Source: a virus. From it: a stretch of 64,000 bases of DNA. This document shows, piece by piece, positions 28,922 through 39,274 of the stretch. The translations under genes and the position numbers were made by a program. Numbering within the stretch: position 1 is the first letter of the stretch; each line of letters begins with the position of its first letter. The stretch covers positions 32,001 to 96,000 of the IMG/VR virus record IMGVR_UViG_3300029267_002377; one strand, 5' to 3'. The notes beneath the pieces are model-generated. The model was not told where the DNA came from, searched no databases, and worked only from the letters and a program-made list of their open reading frames with translations.

Positions 28922-29178
28922 ATATCCTTAGCGGTGTAACAGGTAAGCAGGTTGGGACTATGGATCGGCTGGGTCGAGTTACTACTTCAGATCGAGGACT
29001 CAAAGGTATTATGGCTGCAGTTAATAAAGATCGGTCTGTGGTTATACCCAGCCGCTCAGACGTCGTAGGTGAGGATAAAATAATAGATTTCGTGGAGATA
29101 GTATCAGATACAGATCCGGATTTTGTCAACGCGCTCATTATCTATCTCCTCCGAGAAGGCTATGAGGTTGTAGTATGA
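28918..29178 (+). CDS. small hypothetical protein coupled to the peptidase gene
   Basis: Overlapping start/stop with the upstream gene. Confidence 0.6.
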   Translation: MNILSGVTGKQVGTMDRLGRVTTSDRGLKGIMAAVNKDRSVVIPSRSDVVGEDKIIDFVEIVSDTDPDFVNALIIYLLREGYEVVV

Positions 29179-29290
29179 AAGAAGTTACTAAAGGCAAAAA
29201 CTGGCCCGTCCGGATTGAAGTCACCAAAGACGGATCCGGGAAAGTAATCAAACAGAAATCTATTCAAATTCCTAAACTAAGGCGTCTTAG

Positions 29291-29845
29291 GTGATTGAGA
29301 TTCTGGTAGCTTTAATCTTATACACTAGTATCCCACTCCGCATGCCAGATATGGTTGGCTTGGCCACTCCCTACGGTCCTCCAGCTTTTTGTCAGGGTGA
29401 TAGAATGCGCAGCGGCCAGGAGTTGGATCTAGCCGCTCCGACTATGGCAGTCAATGATTGTAGGAAGAACAGTACTGGGCAGTGTGTGTACGACTGGGAC
29501 ATCAGTTACTGGCCGCAGTGGGCGAATAAGAGAGCAATCGTATTCATTCCAGAGTGTGAGAAGTTACTTATTGTAGATATTAAAGACACAGGTCGTCTAC
29601 GGTCTGCTGGTCAGAGACGGTTGGGTATCCGAGATGGAGTGAAGCACTACTGGGGGCTGCCCCTGCCAGAGGAGGAGTACGAGTTGGCCACTAGAGTGCT
29701 GGACGAGCCCGTCTTGGAGCCGAATACAACTTGGTTGGAGGATGAAGTTTATTGGGTAGTAGCTGACTTTCCTGTTGAGTTTTATGAGAGAGAGGTTTTA
29801 TGTGGTTTGCTATGGCCCAAAGTGGCTATTTGGGTTGAGGAGTAA
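29291..29845 (+). CDS. secreted protein, RlpA-like double-psi beta-barrel
   Basis: N-terminal hydrophobic segment; GLATPY..F.G..MRSG...D....T.A...VDIKDTG pattern. Confidence 0.5.
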   Translation: MIEILVALILYTSIPLRMPDMVGLATPYGPPAFCQGDRMRSGQELDLAAPTMAVNDCRKNSTGQCVYDWDISYWPQWANKRAIVFIPECEKLLIVDIKDTGRLRSAGQRRLGIRDGVKHYWGLPLPEEEYELATRVLDEPVLEPNTTWLEDEVYWVVADFPVEFYEREVLCGLLWPKVAIWVEE

Positions 29846-29848
29846 GAT

Positions 29849-30013
29849 ATGGATAAAGTAAAAATATACAATAAGTTGGGCCAACTCGTCGGGTGGTACA
29901 TCAACGGGGTGGTGCAAGTCTACTCCCCCGACCTCCAGAAGGCGAAAAAGGGATGTCCAGAAGGCGCAGACCTTGTAGAATTTCTGAAGAGTCGGGGGTT
30001 TCGTTTTGAGTAG
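29849..30013 (+). CDS. 54-aa hypothetical protein, copy 1 (not in ORF track)
   Basis: GAGGAG RBS; MDKVKIYNKLGQLVGW...LVEFLKSRGFRFE; paralog at 31586. Confidence 0.7.
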   Translation: MDKVKIYNKLGQLVGWYINGVVQVYSPDLQKAKKGCPEGADLVEFLKSRGFRFE

Positions 30014-31358
30014 AGACCTCTTTGCCGAAGTAGGCGCCATACTAACTGAGATGGGCGGCCCCGGTTCTGGCCACCATGGTCACAAAGGCCGCAAAGGTAA
30101 GCGCGGTGGATCGGCCCCTTCTAAAGCTGGTGGGATTTCTAGCCCTCAACCGGTAGGTGGTGCTTGGTCTTCTTGGCACGCATTCGAGGTGGATGTTATT
30201 CAGGGGAATATAGACCCTGATTTCTCGATACAGGCTGAGGTGGATAACACTTTGTACGAGGTTAAGCTTGAAAGCTGGTGGGAAGGATGCATGGAGTCTC
30301 GAGGGTTGGGTAAAACTTCTTGGGGATCTATAGATAGGAGGTTTGAGGAGTTAATGGCAGCGGAAGCTGGTTGGGATAGGGTTGATATATCGGGTTTTAT
30401 AGATAATACCCACATAGCTCCATATGGTGCCACATACATCGGAAGAAAAGTCCTGCGGGTAAAAAGCGACTTTATCATTTCTCAAGTCGAATCCCAACTC
30501 GTTCTCAGCCCCGAAGGTGGATGGGTAGAGAAAGGCGGACCAGGAAGTGGCCATTGGGGTCACGCTGGTCGAAAAGGAAAGAGGGGAGGGAGTTTGCCGG
30601 GGGCAGTCGGCGTTCTTGGCGCTGCGGTTGTAAGCCAGTTGGAGAAGGATGGTTACGATCCGGGTATACTGGTGTCTATAGGTCGAGATGCCCGCGACCG
30701 GGGTTTTACCTCCCTTCTGGGGGATCTGCATGATGAGGTACCCGAGAATGAGTACATGAAGTATGCAGATGCCTACGCAGAAGCAAGGTTATTCACCAGC
30801 GGGGGATTTAGTGGTCAAAGCGACCCAGGATTTAGGCATGTGTCTCTCAAACGTTTCGAGAGGGACTTAGCAAATCCAGAGCGTCGGTGGATACCAAAGC
30901 AATTGGCAGCAGCAGCTATAATCAAAAGTATGGTAGAGCAAGATTTAAGAAGTACTCCTCGTTTATACCGCGGTTCAGATTGGGAGGGCTCTCTATCTGT
31001 GGGAGACAAGGTAGATTTTGGGACCTTGGGGCGTGAGTTTTCGAGCCTTAGTCCCGCTGGTGGGGCTTTTGGGGCTCGTAAATATACGTTTATTTTGGAT
31101 AACCCACAGAGAGGAGCAAACCTTAAGAATTTTTCTAATCACCCCGAGGAGAAACCTTGGTTGATAAAAGGAAACTATAAGGTATCTTCTATCAAAGGTA
31201 AAAATATTACTATAGTACCGGGTGGGGTATCTAAGAGTGATTTTATCATTTCTCAAATCGAATCCCAACTCGTTCTCAGTCCCGAAGGTGGGTGGGTGGA
31301 AGACGTGCTTGTTTCCGAACAACGGGTGGCAACATCTCTATCGAGCTTATTTGAGTGA
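30006..31358 (+). CDS. protein with two GGPGSG motifs and an ART-like domain
   Basis: Motifs at about 30054 and 30534; LYRG...FSS...HPEEK. Confidence 0.65.
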   Translation: MSRDLFAEVGAILTEMGGPGSGHHGHKGRKGKRGGSAPSKAGGISSPQPVGGAWSSWHAFEVDVIQGNIDPDFSIQAEVDNTLYEVKLESWWEGCMESRGLGKTSWGSIDRRFEELMAAEAGWDRVDISGFIDNTHIAPYGATYIGRKVLRVKSDFIISQVESQLVLSPEGGWVEKGGPGSGHWGHAGRKGKRGGSLPGAVGVLGAAVVSQLEKDGYDPGILVSIGRDARDRGFTSLLGDLHDEVPENEYMKYADAYAEARLFTSGGFSGQSDPGFRHVSLKRFERDLANPERRWIPKQLAAAAIIKSMVEQDLRSTPRLYRGSDWEGSLSVGDKVDFGTLGREFSSLSPAGGAFGARKYTFILDNPQRGANLKNFSNHPEEKPWLIKGNYKVSSIKGKNITIVPGGVSKSDFIISQIESQLVLSPEGGWVEDVLVSEQRVATSLSSLFE

Positions 31359-31573
31359 GGGAGACTTGTATTATGCTTACTAGTGAACTAATCGATCATC
31401 TAGAAGAGATTCGAAAGCAGCATGGAGACTTACCTATCTATATATTTACTGATGGGACGGGCCCATCAACTTGCATGGATCTCGAGCGAGTAGATGTAGG
31501 TGAGGCTTGGTTCGCGAACAGTCCCGAGACGGTACGAAGTGCAGTGATTCTAAGTTTGTATGGAGTGGATTAG
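31355..31573 (+). CDS. hypothetical protein, paralog of 47060-47284
   Basis: Shared N-terminus M.TSELI..LEEIR..HGDL. Confidence 0.6.
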   Translation: MRETCIMLTSELIDHLEEIRKQHGDLPIYIFTDGTGPSTCMDLERVDVGEAWFANSPETVRSAVILSLYGVD

Positions 31574-31585
31574 AAAGGTAGCAGT

Positions 31586-31741
31586 ATGGGCAAAGTAAAA
31601 ATCTATAACAAGCTGGGCCAGCTCACTGGCTGGCTTGTAGTACAAGTCTACTCCCCCGACCTCAAGAAGGCGAAAAAGGGATGTCCAGAAGGCGCAGACC
31701 TTGTAGAATTTCTGAAGAGTCGGGGGTTTCGTTTTGACTAG
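31586..31741 (+). CDS. 51-aa hypothetical protein, copy 2 (not in ORF track)
   Basis: Near-identical to 29849-30013. Confidence 0.7.
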   Translation: MGKVKIYNKLGQLTGWLVVQVYSPDLKKAKKGCPEGADLVEFLKSRGFRFD

Positions 31742-33503
31742 GGCTCCCGACTGGCTAGATTCTCTCCCACCAAACTGGGAGGAAAAATACGACCGAAGAC
31801 TTGTCGCAATGATTAGGGAACGGATGAACCGGGACAAATCCTTGGCCGTTCCTAAGAAGTATGCGAAGTACGTCGAGAGCATCCAAGAGTACGCCCGGGA
31901 AGTTCTCAAAGTTGAGTGGTGGGACAAACAAGTGGCGGTTGCTTTGTCATTCCAGATGAACAAATATACAATCGTCCCAGCATCGTTCGGTGTGGGCAAA
32001 ACGTTCATTGTGGGTGGGCTTATCAACTGGTGGTTCGATGTTTTTGATCCTTCGATTGCACTGACAACCGCTCCCACCTGGCCCCAAGTCGAGAAGCTTC
32101 TGTGGGGCGAAATCCGAGATCAGCGCCCAGAGGGATCTGTCGGAAAAACTTACTCTACGGAAATTAAGCACTCTGCTAAACACTACGCCCTAGGATTGTC
32201 AACCGACCGAGAGAACCGGTTTCAGGGGTTCCATGAGGAGAGGATATGTGTGGCACTCGACGAAGGTCCTGGTATCCGAGCGCCGATTTGGGACGCCGCA
32301 GTTGACAACATCCCAGTTGGACCTGATAACCGAGTTATTGCTATTGGAAACCCCCTAGAGAGATCTGGACCATTTTACGACGCTGCGAACGATCCTACCT
32401 GGCATTGTATACACATTGGTGCACTCGATCACCCCAATATACTGGCAGAACTACAAGGAGAGGATCCTCCCTTCCCAAAAGCTGTCCGGTTGGAGTGGGT
32501 GCAAGAACGAATAAGGAAGTGGTGTGCGAGAGTCTTTGACCCGCTACCAGAGCAAAAGGTAGAACTTTTTCAATTTCCTCCGGACTCGGACCAGTGGTGG
32601 AAGCCCAATCCCCTCGCAGAGTCCAAGGTCTTAGGCTGGTTCCCAAGCGAGGGGGAAGATCAAATCATTCCCATGTCTGCCGTGGACGCCGCAGTCAAAC
32701 GAGTTGAGAAACCAGGCCAGCCTGTTCGGTTCGGAATAGATGTTGCCTTCGGTGGGGGAGATGAGTCAGTGATTGCTGGGATTTTCGGACACCACGCCGA
32801 AATACTATGGACTTTTGAGGGAGCAGATGTGATGACTGTGGCTGGCCAGGCGGTTCGTCTGATTAGAAAACATCACCCTCAGGAGGTTCGGGTAGATATT
32901 ATTGGAGTAGGGTCTGGTGTACACGACAGGCTGAAGGAACTTAGTGAGCTTGGAGATCTTCCGGAAGGAGTCAAGATTCTCGAAGTCCATGTCCAGAAAC
33001 CACCTATCAATGAGAAAGACTACACGGAGGAGTTTTGGTCTTTGAGAGATCAGCTCTGGTGGATGATGCGTTTGGGTATTACGGAAATGGACTTGCCAGA
33101 TGATGAAGTTTTGCAGTCACAGATGATTGCACCAAGGTGGGGGGTGACTTCCCGGGGTAAAATTATTGTCGAGCAGAAGGACAAGATGAAGGACCGGGGA
33201 ACTAAGTCGCCAGACCGAGCAGAGGCGGTCATGTTAGCCTGGCCCGATGTGGGATTTTTCGATGGGAAGCGGTGGAGAAAATTAAAATTCTTAAGCCCGG
33301 GCATGATTGTTTCTGCTGACCGAGGAGACAGGTTTGAGCTGCGGTATTTACTTCAGCCACCCTTTACAGTTCGAGGCCCAGCTTCTGGGAGAACTTATCA
33401 CATTTTAGATAAAAAGCCATTCCCAGTGAACGAGGAAGATTTTCAACCCATGAAGGAGATGCGTTATCATACAGTTGACGGCTTCTACCCAATGTTCCGC
33501 TGA
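31734..33503 (+). CDS. terL: terminase large subunit
   Basis: Walker A ASFGVGKT, Walker B ALDEG, IGNP, nuclease GIDVA.GG.D, SPDRAEA. Confidence 0.92.
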   Translation: MTRAPDWLDSLPPNWEEKYDRRLVAMIRERMNRDKSLAVPKKYAKYVESIQEYAREVLKVEWWDKQVAVALSFQMNKYTIVPASFGVGKTFIVGGLINWWFDVFDPSIALTTAPTWPQVEKLLWGEIRDQRPEGSVGKTYSTEIKHSAKHYALGLSTDRENRFQGFHEERICVALDEGPGIRAPIWDAAVDNIPVGPDNRVIAIGNPLERSGPFYDAANDPTWHCIHIGALDHPNILAELQGEDPPFPKAVRLEWVQERIRKWCARVFDPLPEQKVELFQFPPDSDQWWKPNPLAESKVLGWFPSEGEDQIIPMSAVDAAVKRVEKPGQPVRFGIDVAFGGGDESVIAGIFGHHAEILWTFEGADVMTVAGQAVRLIRKHHPQEVRVDIIGVGSGVHDRLKELSELGDLPEGVKILEVHVQKPPINEKDYTEEFWSLRDQLWWMMRLGITEMDLPDDEVLQSQMIAPRWGVTSRGKIIVEQKDKMKDRGTKSPDRAEAVMLAWPDVGFFDGKRWRKLKFLSPGMIVSADRGDRFELRYLLQPPFTVRGPASGRTYHILDKKPFPVNEEDFQPMKEMRYHTVDGFYPMFR

Positions 33504-34602
33504 TATTATCAATTTAATAGACGAGTCCCTTGGTGAGTACAAGGAGATGGGTGGGCCCGGTTCTGGACACTGGGGCCACAAAGGGCGGAAAGGGAGGCGC
33601 GGTGGTTCCGCTCCCAGCAAGGCTGGAACTGTGGCCAAATCCCCATATTTGAATTCTGTGCTCGAGGGGAGGGTCGACACGTATGTCCCACCCAGCAGCC
33701 GAACGGATCCTATTGCCAATGAGATTATCAAAGAGCAGGGGTTCGATGGCAAACCGGATGTGGTGACTGCTTCTGAGCTAAATGAGTTTGTGAATTCTGG
33801 GGAGAGGGAGCTTTACCGTGGAGTATCTAGGGGGGAGTATGCCGAGGAGTTGATGTATGGAGATTCGTTTGAGACGGGGACCGGTATGCATGGCGCAGGG
33901 TTATATACAGTTTACGGCGAGAATGCAGATAGTACTGCAATGTACTTTGGAGCTAAGCAAGGAGAAAACGCAACTATAATTCGGATGTCTCTGAAAAAAG
34001 ATGCTAACGTTATAAGTGAGTCTGCGCTTAAGGAGGAGATGGAAGGATGGCTAGCAAGCCGGGAGAGCGTAAAAGTAGATCCTGATACTCTGAGGACCCA
34101 AGCCTTTGCTGCTGCGAATCGTGGCGATAATAAGACTGCGAATAATCTTATGCAGGCCTCTTACATAGCAGAACAGCATGGAGATGTCGTAGGACACATA
34201 GCGACAGGAGATCGGGGGCGGTTTGCTGCTGCTAGCGGTTATGATGCAATAGATGTATCGGAGCAGGGCTACATGGTGGTTTTAAATAGATCTGCACTGC
34301 GAATAGCAGAGAACCCAATGAGTGCAACAGCACCTAAACGAGGTTCCATAAAGTCTCCTCGAGTACTGCCGTCGCAACAGGTGGATGTGAGCAAAATTGT
34401 CCCAAGTGCTGTTTTGCCGAAGCATCGAGTTAGCTGGCTGAGAAATCAAATAGAGAGTAAGCGTCAGCAGGCAATCGCAGCGGCAGAGAAGGTAGCAACA
34501 TCCAAATCGCCGGGGACAGTTAAGAAATGGCATACGCGGAGGAAATACTTAGAGCAGGATATGCACCATCTTATTGCTGTTCTGGAGGGACGCGTTGAGT
34601 AG
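33475..34602 (+). CDS. GGPGSG-motif protein with ART-like domain
   Basis: LYRG...GTGMHGAGLY...GYDAI...MVVLN; paralogous to 38402. Confidence 0.6.
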   Translation: MTASTQCSADIINLIDESLGEYKEMGGPGSGHWGHKGRKGRRGGSAPSKAGTVAKSPYLNSVLEGRVDTYVPPSSRTDPIANEIIKEQGFDGKPDVVTASELNEFVNSGERELYRGVSRGEYAEELMYGDSFETGTGMHGAGLYTVYGENADSTAMYFGAKQGENATIIRMSLKKDANVISESALKEEMEGWLASRESVKVDPDTLRTQAFAAANRGDNKTANNLMQASYIAEQHGDVVGHIATGDRGRFAAASGYDAIDVSEQGYMVVLNRSALRIAENPMSATAPKRGSIKSPRVLPSQQVDVSKIVPSAVLPKHRVSWLRNQIESKRQQAIAAAEKVATSKSPGTVKKWHTRRKYLEQDMHHLIAVLEGRVE

Positions 34603-34653
34603 GGGGAATTTTTAAAAATTTCTAGCACCTGATGCTTATTAAGGTGTAATTAT

Positions 34654-35547
34654 ATGGCAAAAGATATGGGCGTGGAAGGAATAGATTACATAGTTTGTAG
34701 GGTATGCGGTGCCAAGGCAAGGCGTTTAGATAACCGCCATCTACCGTTTAAGCATGGGATATCTTCGGTAGAGTATCTGGAGAGGTTTCCTGAAGCACCG
34801 CTAATGTGCAGTGAGACGAGGAGGAAATATTCCAAGACCACTAAGGAGGCGTGGAGTCGGGGAGACCACAGTAGTGGTGAAACAACTCGGAAAAAATCTA
34901 GAGCAGCAACTGCAGCGTGGAAGGATCCTGATAGACATCATGAGATGTCGGGTAAGATAAAGGAATCTTGGGATAGGGGCGATCACGAGGGAGCATGGAC
35001 GGAGGAACTCCGAGTACGGCAATCTAGGAAGATAAGGCAGTGGTGTGAGAATAACCCGGATGAGGTACAGGCTAATATGCGGAGAGCCCGAGAGGCTAAA
35101 GTTCTACTTGGAAACCGGGCGGTGTATACCGACGAAGTCCGTGCAAGGATGTCTGAGAGCGTAAAAGAGGCTTGGCGGAGAGGCGACTACGATGGAGTTT
35201 TTGACTCCCCTACTTCTATAGAGATTGATGTATCTCGGGCTCTGGATGAGAAGGGGATTAGGCACATATCTCAGTATAGGCCGAAGGGGTATTATAGGAT
35301 CTACGATGAGTTCGTGCCTCCCAGGACACTAATTGAGGTTCAAGGGTCCTACTGGCATACTCTCCCTGACATGCAGGAGCGAGATATAGAAAAGGCTAGG
35401 TGGGCGCATCAGAATGGATACTTTGTGGTTGCAATCTGGGATTTTCAACTGGAGGAGTACGGAGCAGATTTTTTAGTTGAGAATTGGATTCTGCCGCTAA
35501 GTTCTACCAAGGGTGTGGGGGCTCCTCATATGGAGAGGTTATTCTAA
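34654..35547 (+). CDS. free-standing putative homing endonuclease (C2H2 module, NUMOD3-like repeats, Vsr/DUF559 nuclease)
   Basis: Repeated K.AW/K.SW helices; TSIE...YD...LIEVQGSYWH..D..K...GY.VV.IW. Confidence 0.75.
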   Translation: MAKDMGVEGIDYIVCRVCGAKARRLDNRHLPFKHGISSVEYLERFPEAPLMCSETRRKYSKTTKEAWSRGDHSSGETTRKKSRAATAAWKDPDRHHEMSGKIKESWDRGDHEGAWTEELRVRQSRKIRQWCENNPDEVQANMRRAREAKVLLGNRAVYTDEVRARMSESVKEAWRRGDYDGVFDSPTSIEIDVSRALDEKGIRHISQYRPKGYYRIYDEFVPPRTLIEVQGSYWHTLPDMQERDIEKARWAHQNGYFVVAIWDFQLEEYGADFLVENWILPLSSTKGVGAPHMERLF

Positions 35548-37013
35548 TGGCAGCAGAACCGAAGAGAAGATCAGTAGCATATCTGGATGTAAACACAAGA
35601 CCATTTTTACAGCCGTCTCGTGTGCCTTCTATGTTCTCAAGCACGCAGTGGCGGTATCTGGCATCAGAGCCTGTAAACCTTTCGTACCAGACACATCTTG
35701 TGAGATCCTTGAAACTTGAGTATAAGTTTACTCCAAAGAAGGGGGTGGACCCAAAGAGCGATGAAGTATTAGAGATAACTGAGTATTATGAGGAACTTTT
35801 CGAGCATGTTAGGTTCGATCTCCTAAAGGTTATGTGGGAGAAAGATAGCTACGATCTACCTTTTGGGGGTTCTTTAGAGATTATGTGGTGGCCAGATGGT
35901 GCGTTTGGTGGGAAGTTCCCTGCTGGTTACCCTGCTGGAATAGTGCACGTGGATGCTGGTACGATGTATATCAATCAAGGCAACCCAAACTATCCATACG
36001 TCCAGATGGATCCGAATGACAATCAGCGGCCAATCGCGTTTAAACGTCGAGAAATTGCTCGACTTATGTACCTTCCGCAGACGAGCATAAAGCTCTTTGG
36101 GTATCAAAAAAGCCCTGTAGAACAAAATTATCAAGTGATAGAAGCGTTGGCAAGGCTTTATACTTATGATTTGAAAAGTTTATCGGATACCCCCATTGCA
36201 GGAATCTTGGATTTAATGGATTTCTCGGAAGCGGACGTGACAGAGTGGAAAAAAGGTTTCGAAGAAATGATGATGGGTGTGAATCCCATTAAGATTCCTT
36301 TGCTGTATGAACACGAGACTCCTGCCAAATTTGTTCCTTTTGGTCAACCTGAGCTGAATGTTAGCGAAAAATGGAAGCATTACGCGGAGAAATGTGGAAC
36401 ACCATATGGTTTGACCATAGGTAGCCTTGGCCTGGCGGAGCACGATAGGACGCTTGCTGGAGCTCGTGTACAGAGGTTAACTACCCAACGCACTGGCGTG
36501 GGTGGGTTCGCCTACGACGAGAAGCGGGCGATCAACCGGCAGTTCTTCCCGCCAGATTGCCCAATCATGTTCGATTGGGACGTTCCTGAGATTGAGGACG
36601 TAGTCAAACGGCGCCAGGCTGAGGGTTTGCGAATTGCTTACCTGGGTCAGATGGTAGGAGCTGGGGCACTGGCAGCAGAGGATATGCTAGAGCAGGCAGT
36701 TGAAGACGGAATATTTTCAATCCCTGTTAAACCGGGAGCAATACAAGAAGGAATCCAGGGTCTGCCCAAACCTCCTGCCCAAAAGGAAGTTCCACCTAAG
36801 GCTCAAAAACCAAAAGGAGAATATCCTGAGTATCCTCCCGCAGTGAAAGCTGCCCATATAGTCGAGGAAACCCTCCTGTTGAAGCAAGACGTAGGAGATG
36901 ACCTTGAACAAACCAAAGCTTTTAAAATGATGCAAGATGTCCTAGCGGATCAGTTGTATGGAAAGGCAGTAAAGGGAAGCATCGAGAACATTTTCAATCA
37001 GCTAAAGGAGTAG
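35547..37013 (+). CDS. portal protein
   Basis: Position after terL, size, HVDAGTM..YVQ...F...E..R...GYQKSPVE pattern; ATG 35547. Confidence 0.8.
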   Translation: MAAEPKRRSVAYLDVNTRPFLQPSRVPSMFSSTQWRYLASEPVNLSYQTHLVRSLKLEYKFTPKKGVDPKSDEVLEITEYYEELFEHVRFDLLKVMWEKDSYDLPFGGSLEIMWWPDGAFGGKFPAGYPAGIVHVDAGTMYINQGNPNYPYVQMDPNDNQRPIAFKRREIARLMYLPQTSIKLFGYQKSPVEQNYQVIEALARLYTYDLKSLSDTPIAGILDLMDFSEADVTEWKKGFEEMMMGVNPIKIPLLYEHETPAKFVPFGQPELNVSEKWKHYAEKCGTPYGLTIGSLGLAEHDRTLAGARVQRLTTQRTGVGGFAYDEKRAINRQFFPPDCPIMFDWDVPEIEDVVKRRQAEGLRIAYLGQMVGAGALAAEDMLEQAVEDGIFSIPVKPGAIQEGIQGLPKPPAQKEVPPKAQKPKGEYPEYPPAVKAAHIVEETLLLKQDVGDDLEQTKAFKMMQDVLADQLYGKAVKGSIENIFNQLKE

Positions 37014-37016
37014 TTT

Positions 37017-38414
37017 TTGGCCAATAAGCGCTGGACCCAAGACGAGACAAATCTACTAATCTCTATGGGAGACAACATCGAAGCATCTGGGCAGTCCTGG
37101 AGAGAAGTGGGGGAGATGTTTGGTGTCTCTGAGAGCTCTGCTCGGCAGAAGTATATTCGAGAGAGAGAAAAAAGAGGCAGGAAAGATCGGCAAACTGTCA
37201 AAAGAGATGAACGGGTTAACACTATGGTTGTTGAGGCACAGTTTGCTGGAATCAAAACTCTCGATGAGATGCTTGAAGTTTGCCAGGTAGATTTAAATGT
37301 CTGGAAGGTTGACCGGTACCTTGTAAACAAGTGGCCCGTTGGTGCTAAGGCAGCCAAAAAGGATCTTACTTGGGATGAGGGGCGTCTAACTGGTTCTGTA
37401 TACGAGGACGGACTTGTTATTGCTCCCCTGTTCCAAGTCAAAGTTTGGTTATCACGTATTGAGCCGGAACCGATCTTCCCAGTCCTCCAGCCGGTTGAGT
37501 GCAAGATTTTCAAACTTCCACAGGCATATAAGGCACGAAAAGGGGAACTGCGCAGAACGCTTATATTTTCAGATCCCCATTTTGGATTTATTCGTGATAT
37601 TACAACAGGTGAGCTTACTCCTCTCCATAACCGTGCAGTTCTAGATGTTATCCTCCAAGTAGCTCAAATAGCTGAAGTGGACCGTGTGGATGTTTTGGGG
37701 GATATGTTAGATTTGGCTGAGTGGTCTACAAAATATACAAAATCTCCAGAGTTCTGCGAAACGACTCAGCCTTCTGTACTGGAAGCTCACTGGTGGTTGT
37801 CTCAATTTCGGCAATGTTGTGAGGAGATGACTGTTTACGAAGGGAACCACGGTAAAAGGTTGCAAGATGCCATTGTCACTCACTTGAGAGCCGCTTATGA
37901 CCTCCGGCCCGCCGATGAGATGGAGATGCCACCAGCTATGAGTGTGCCCCGTCTACTAGGGTTGGACAGTTTAGAGATAGAATGGGTTGGAGATTACCCG
38001 AGTGGGGAGGTATGGTTAAATGAGTTTTTACGCTTGACCCACGGCGAGATAGCGAGAATTCCCGGAAATACTGCCAAAGCAGTTATTGAGAGTGGAGACA
38101 CGAATGAGATTTTCGGCCACACTCACAAGGTGGAGTGGGGAAGCAGAACGATACACCGCGCTAAGGAGATAAAGCAGGTTGTTGGGTTCTCACCTGGGTG
38201 TGCCTGCTGGATAGATGGCCGGGTACCTGGGTTTAGTTCAGGTCCACAGTGGCAGAATGGGTGCGCTATAGTTGATTATGAAGTCGGGGGAGAATTATTC
38301 TGGGTTTCCCCTGTTCTGATTTGTGAGGATAGGGCGATTTTCAATAAAGAACTAATTGTGGCAAGGGATCAGGTAAGTAATTTGGGGAGTAGTTATCCTG
38401 ATTGGAAATGGTAA
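37017..38414 (+). CDS. calcineurin-like metallophosphoesterase with N-terminal HTH
   Basis: SDPH, GDMLD, GNH, HG, GHTH motifs. Confidence 0.85.
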   Translation: MANKRWTQDETNLLISMGDNIEASGQSWREVGEMFGVSESSARQKYIREREKRGRKDRQTVKRDERVNTMVVEAQFAGIKTLDEMLEVCQVDLNVWKVDRYLVNKWPVGAKAAKKDLTWDEGRLTGSVYEDGLVIAPLFQVKVWLSRIEPEPIFPVLQPVECKIFKLPQAYKARKGELRRTLIFSDPHFGFIRDITTGELTPLHNRAVLDVILQVAQIAEVDRVDVLGDMLDLAEWSTKYTKSPEFCETTQPSVLEAHWWLSQFRQCCEEMTVYEGNHGKRLQDAIVTHLRAAYDLRPADEMEMPPAMSVPRLLGLDSLEIEWVGDYPSGEVWLNEFLRLTHGEIARIPGNTAKAVIESGDTNEIFGHTHKVEWGSRTIHRAKEIKQVVGFSPGCACWIDGRVPGFSSGPQWQNGCAIVDYEVGGELFWVSPVLICEDRAIFNKELIVARDQVSNLGSSYPDWKW

Positions 38415-39262
38415 TGGCTGACTTGTCTGCAGGTATTGTCAATCTAATAGAATCTTCTCTTGGTGATTTTCGGGCGATGGGAGGCCCTGGCTCAGGTCAT
38501 TGGGGACATCGAGGACGAAAGGGCAAAAGAGGTGGGTCGGCTCCCTCTAGAGCTGGAAGACTTACGCCGTTGGCGGATCTGGTTTCTCCTACCGGTTTTA
38601 CGGATATTGGTGGAATGATAGGTCGTTTAGGAGAGGAAGGCACAAAGGAGGAGATCACAGGAAGACTGTTCGCCGAGATTGGTTATAATTCACTGCCGAG
38701 TGTGGTAACGGAGAAGGAGCTAGACAGCGTTATCGGTTCTGGTGGACTGGAGATGTTTAGGGCGGAGGGAGGAGCCCGAGCGGCAGAGTACGCCGAACAG
38801 TTTAGGTCAGGTAGATTGCATACTGGGAGTGGATTTTATGCCAGCGGGGTTCATGCTGCACATGGTAGGGATGCCGAAAGCCATGCTAAACATTTTGCGA
38901 AAAGCGAGGGCGGAGTTGTCACTAGGATGGCTCTTAGTAAAGGGGCTAAAGTTGTTACAGAGGCAGAAGTTCATAGATTACACGACCAGTTTAGCAAGTT
39001 GAGAGATACCGAACTTAATAAGTTATCTGTTCGTCTTGCTAAGGACCCAACAAACAAGGATTTGGTAAGGGATATAACAGAATATTCTCGGATTTCAAAT
39101 GATGTAGCGGAGTTTGCGCGACACGATATGGCTCGGCTCCCGGCGTTGTTGGGTTATGATGCTATTCAAGGTTTAGATGGGCAAGGGTTGCCTGAGACGA
39201 TTATATTGAACAGGGGCAAGGTATATGTATCTGATACAAGTACAACGGTGCCGCGAGAGTAG
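38402..39262 (+). CDS. GGPGSG-motif protein with ART-like domain
   Basis: MFRA...GSGFYASG...LGYDAI...IILNR; paralogous to 33475. Confidence 0.6.
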   Translation: MEMVMADLSAGIVNLIESSLGDFRAMGGPGSGHWGHRGRKGKRGGSAPSRAGRLTPLADLVSPTGFTDIGGMIGRLGEEGTKEEITGRLFAEIGYNSLPSVVTEKELDSVIGSGGLEMFRAEGGARAAEYAEQFRSGRLHTGSGFYASGVHAAHGRDAESHAKHFAKSEGGVVTRMALSKGAKVVTEAEVHRLHDQFSKLRDTELNKLSVRLAKDPTNKDLVRDITEYSRISNDVAEFARHDMARLPALLGYDAIQGLDGQGLPETIILNRGKVYVSDTSTTVPRE

Positions 39263-39274
39263 GAGACTTTTTGA

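Noticed and set aside
28380-29138. 252-aa minus-strand ORF and similar antisense ORFs in the track
   Set aside because: Shadows of well-supported plus-strand genes; no motifs or RBS.
32965-32977. 13-nt match (aaggagtcaagat) between concatenated NN of array D and terL; also a TCTTGACA resemblance of array A NN to promoter 49714
   Set aside because: Short ungapped matches compatible with chance; flanks do not extend.
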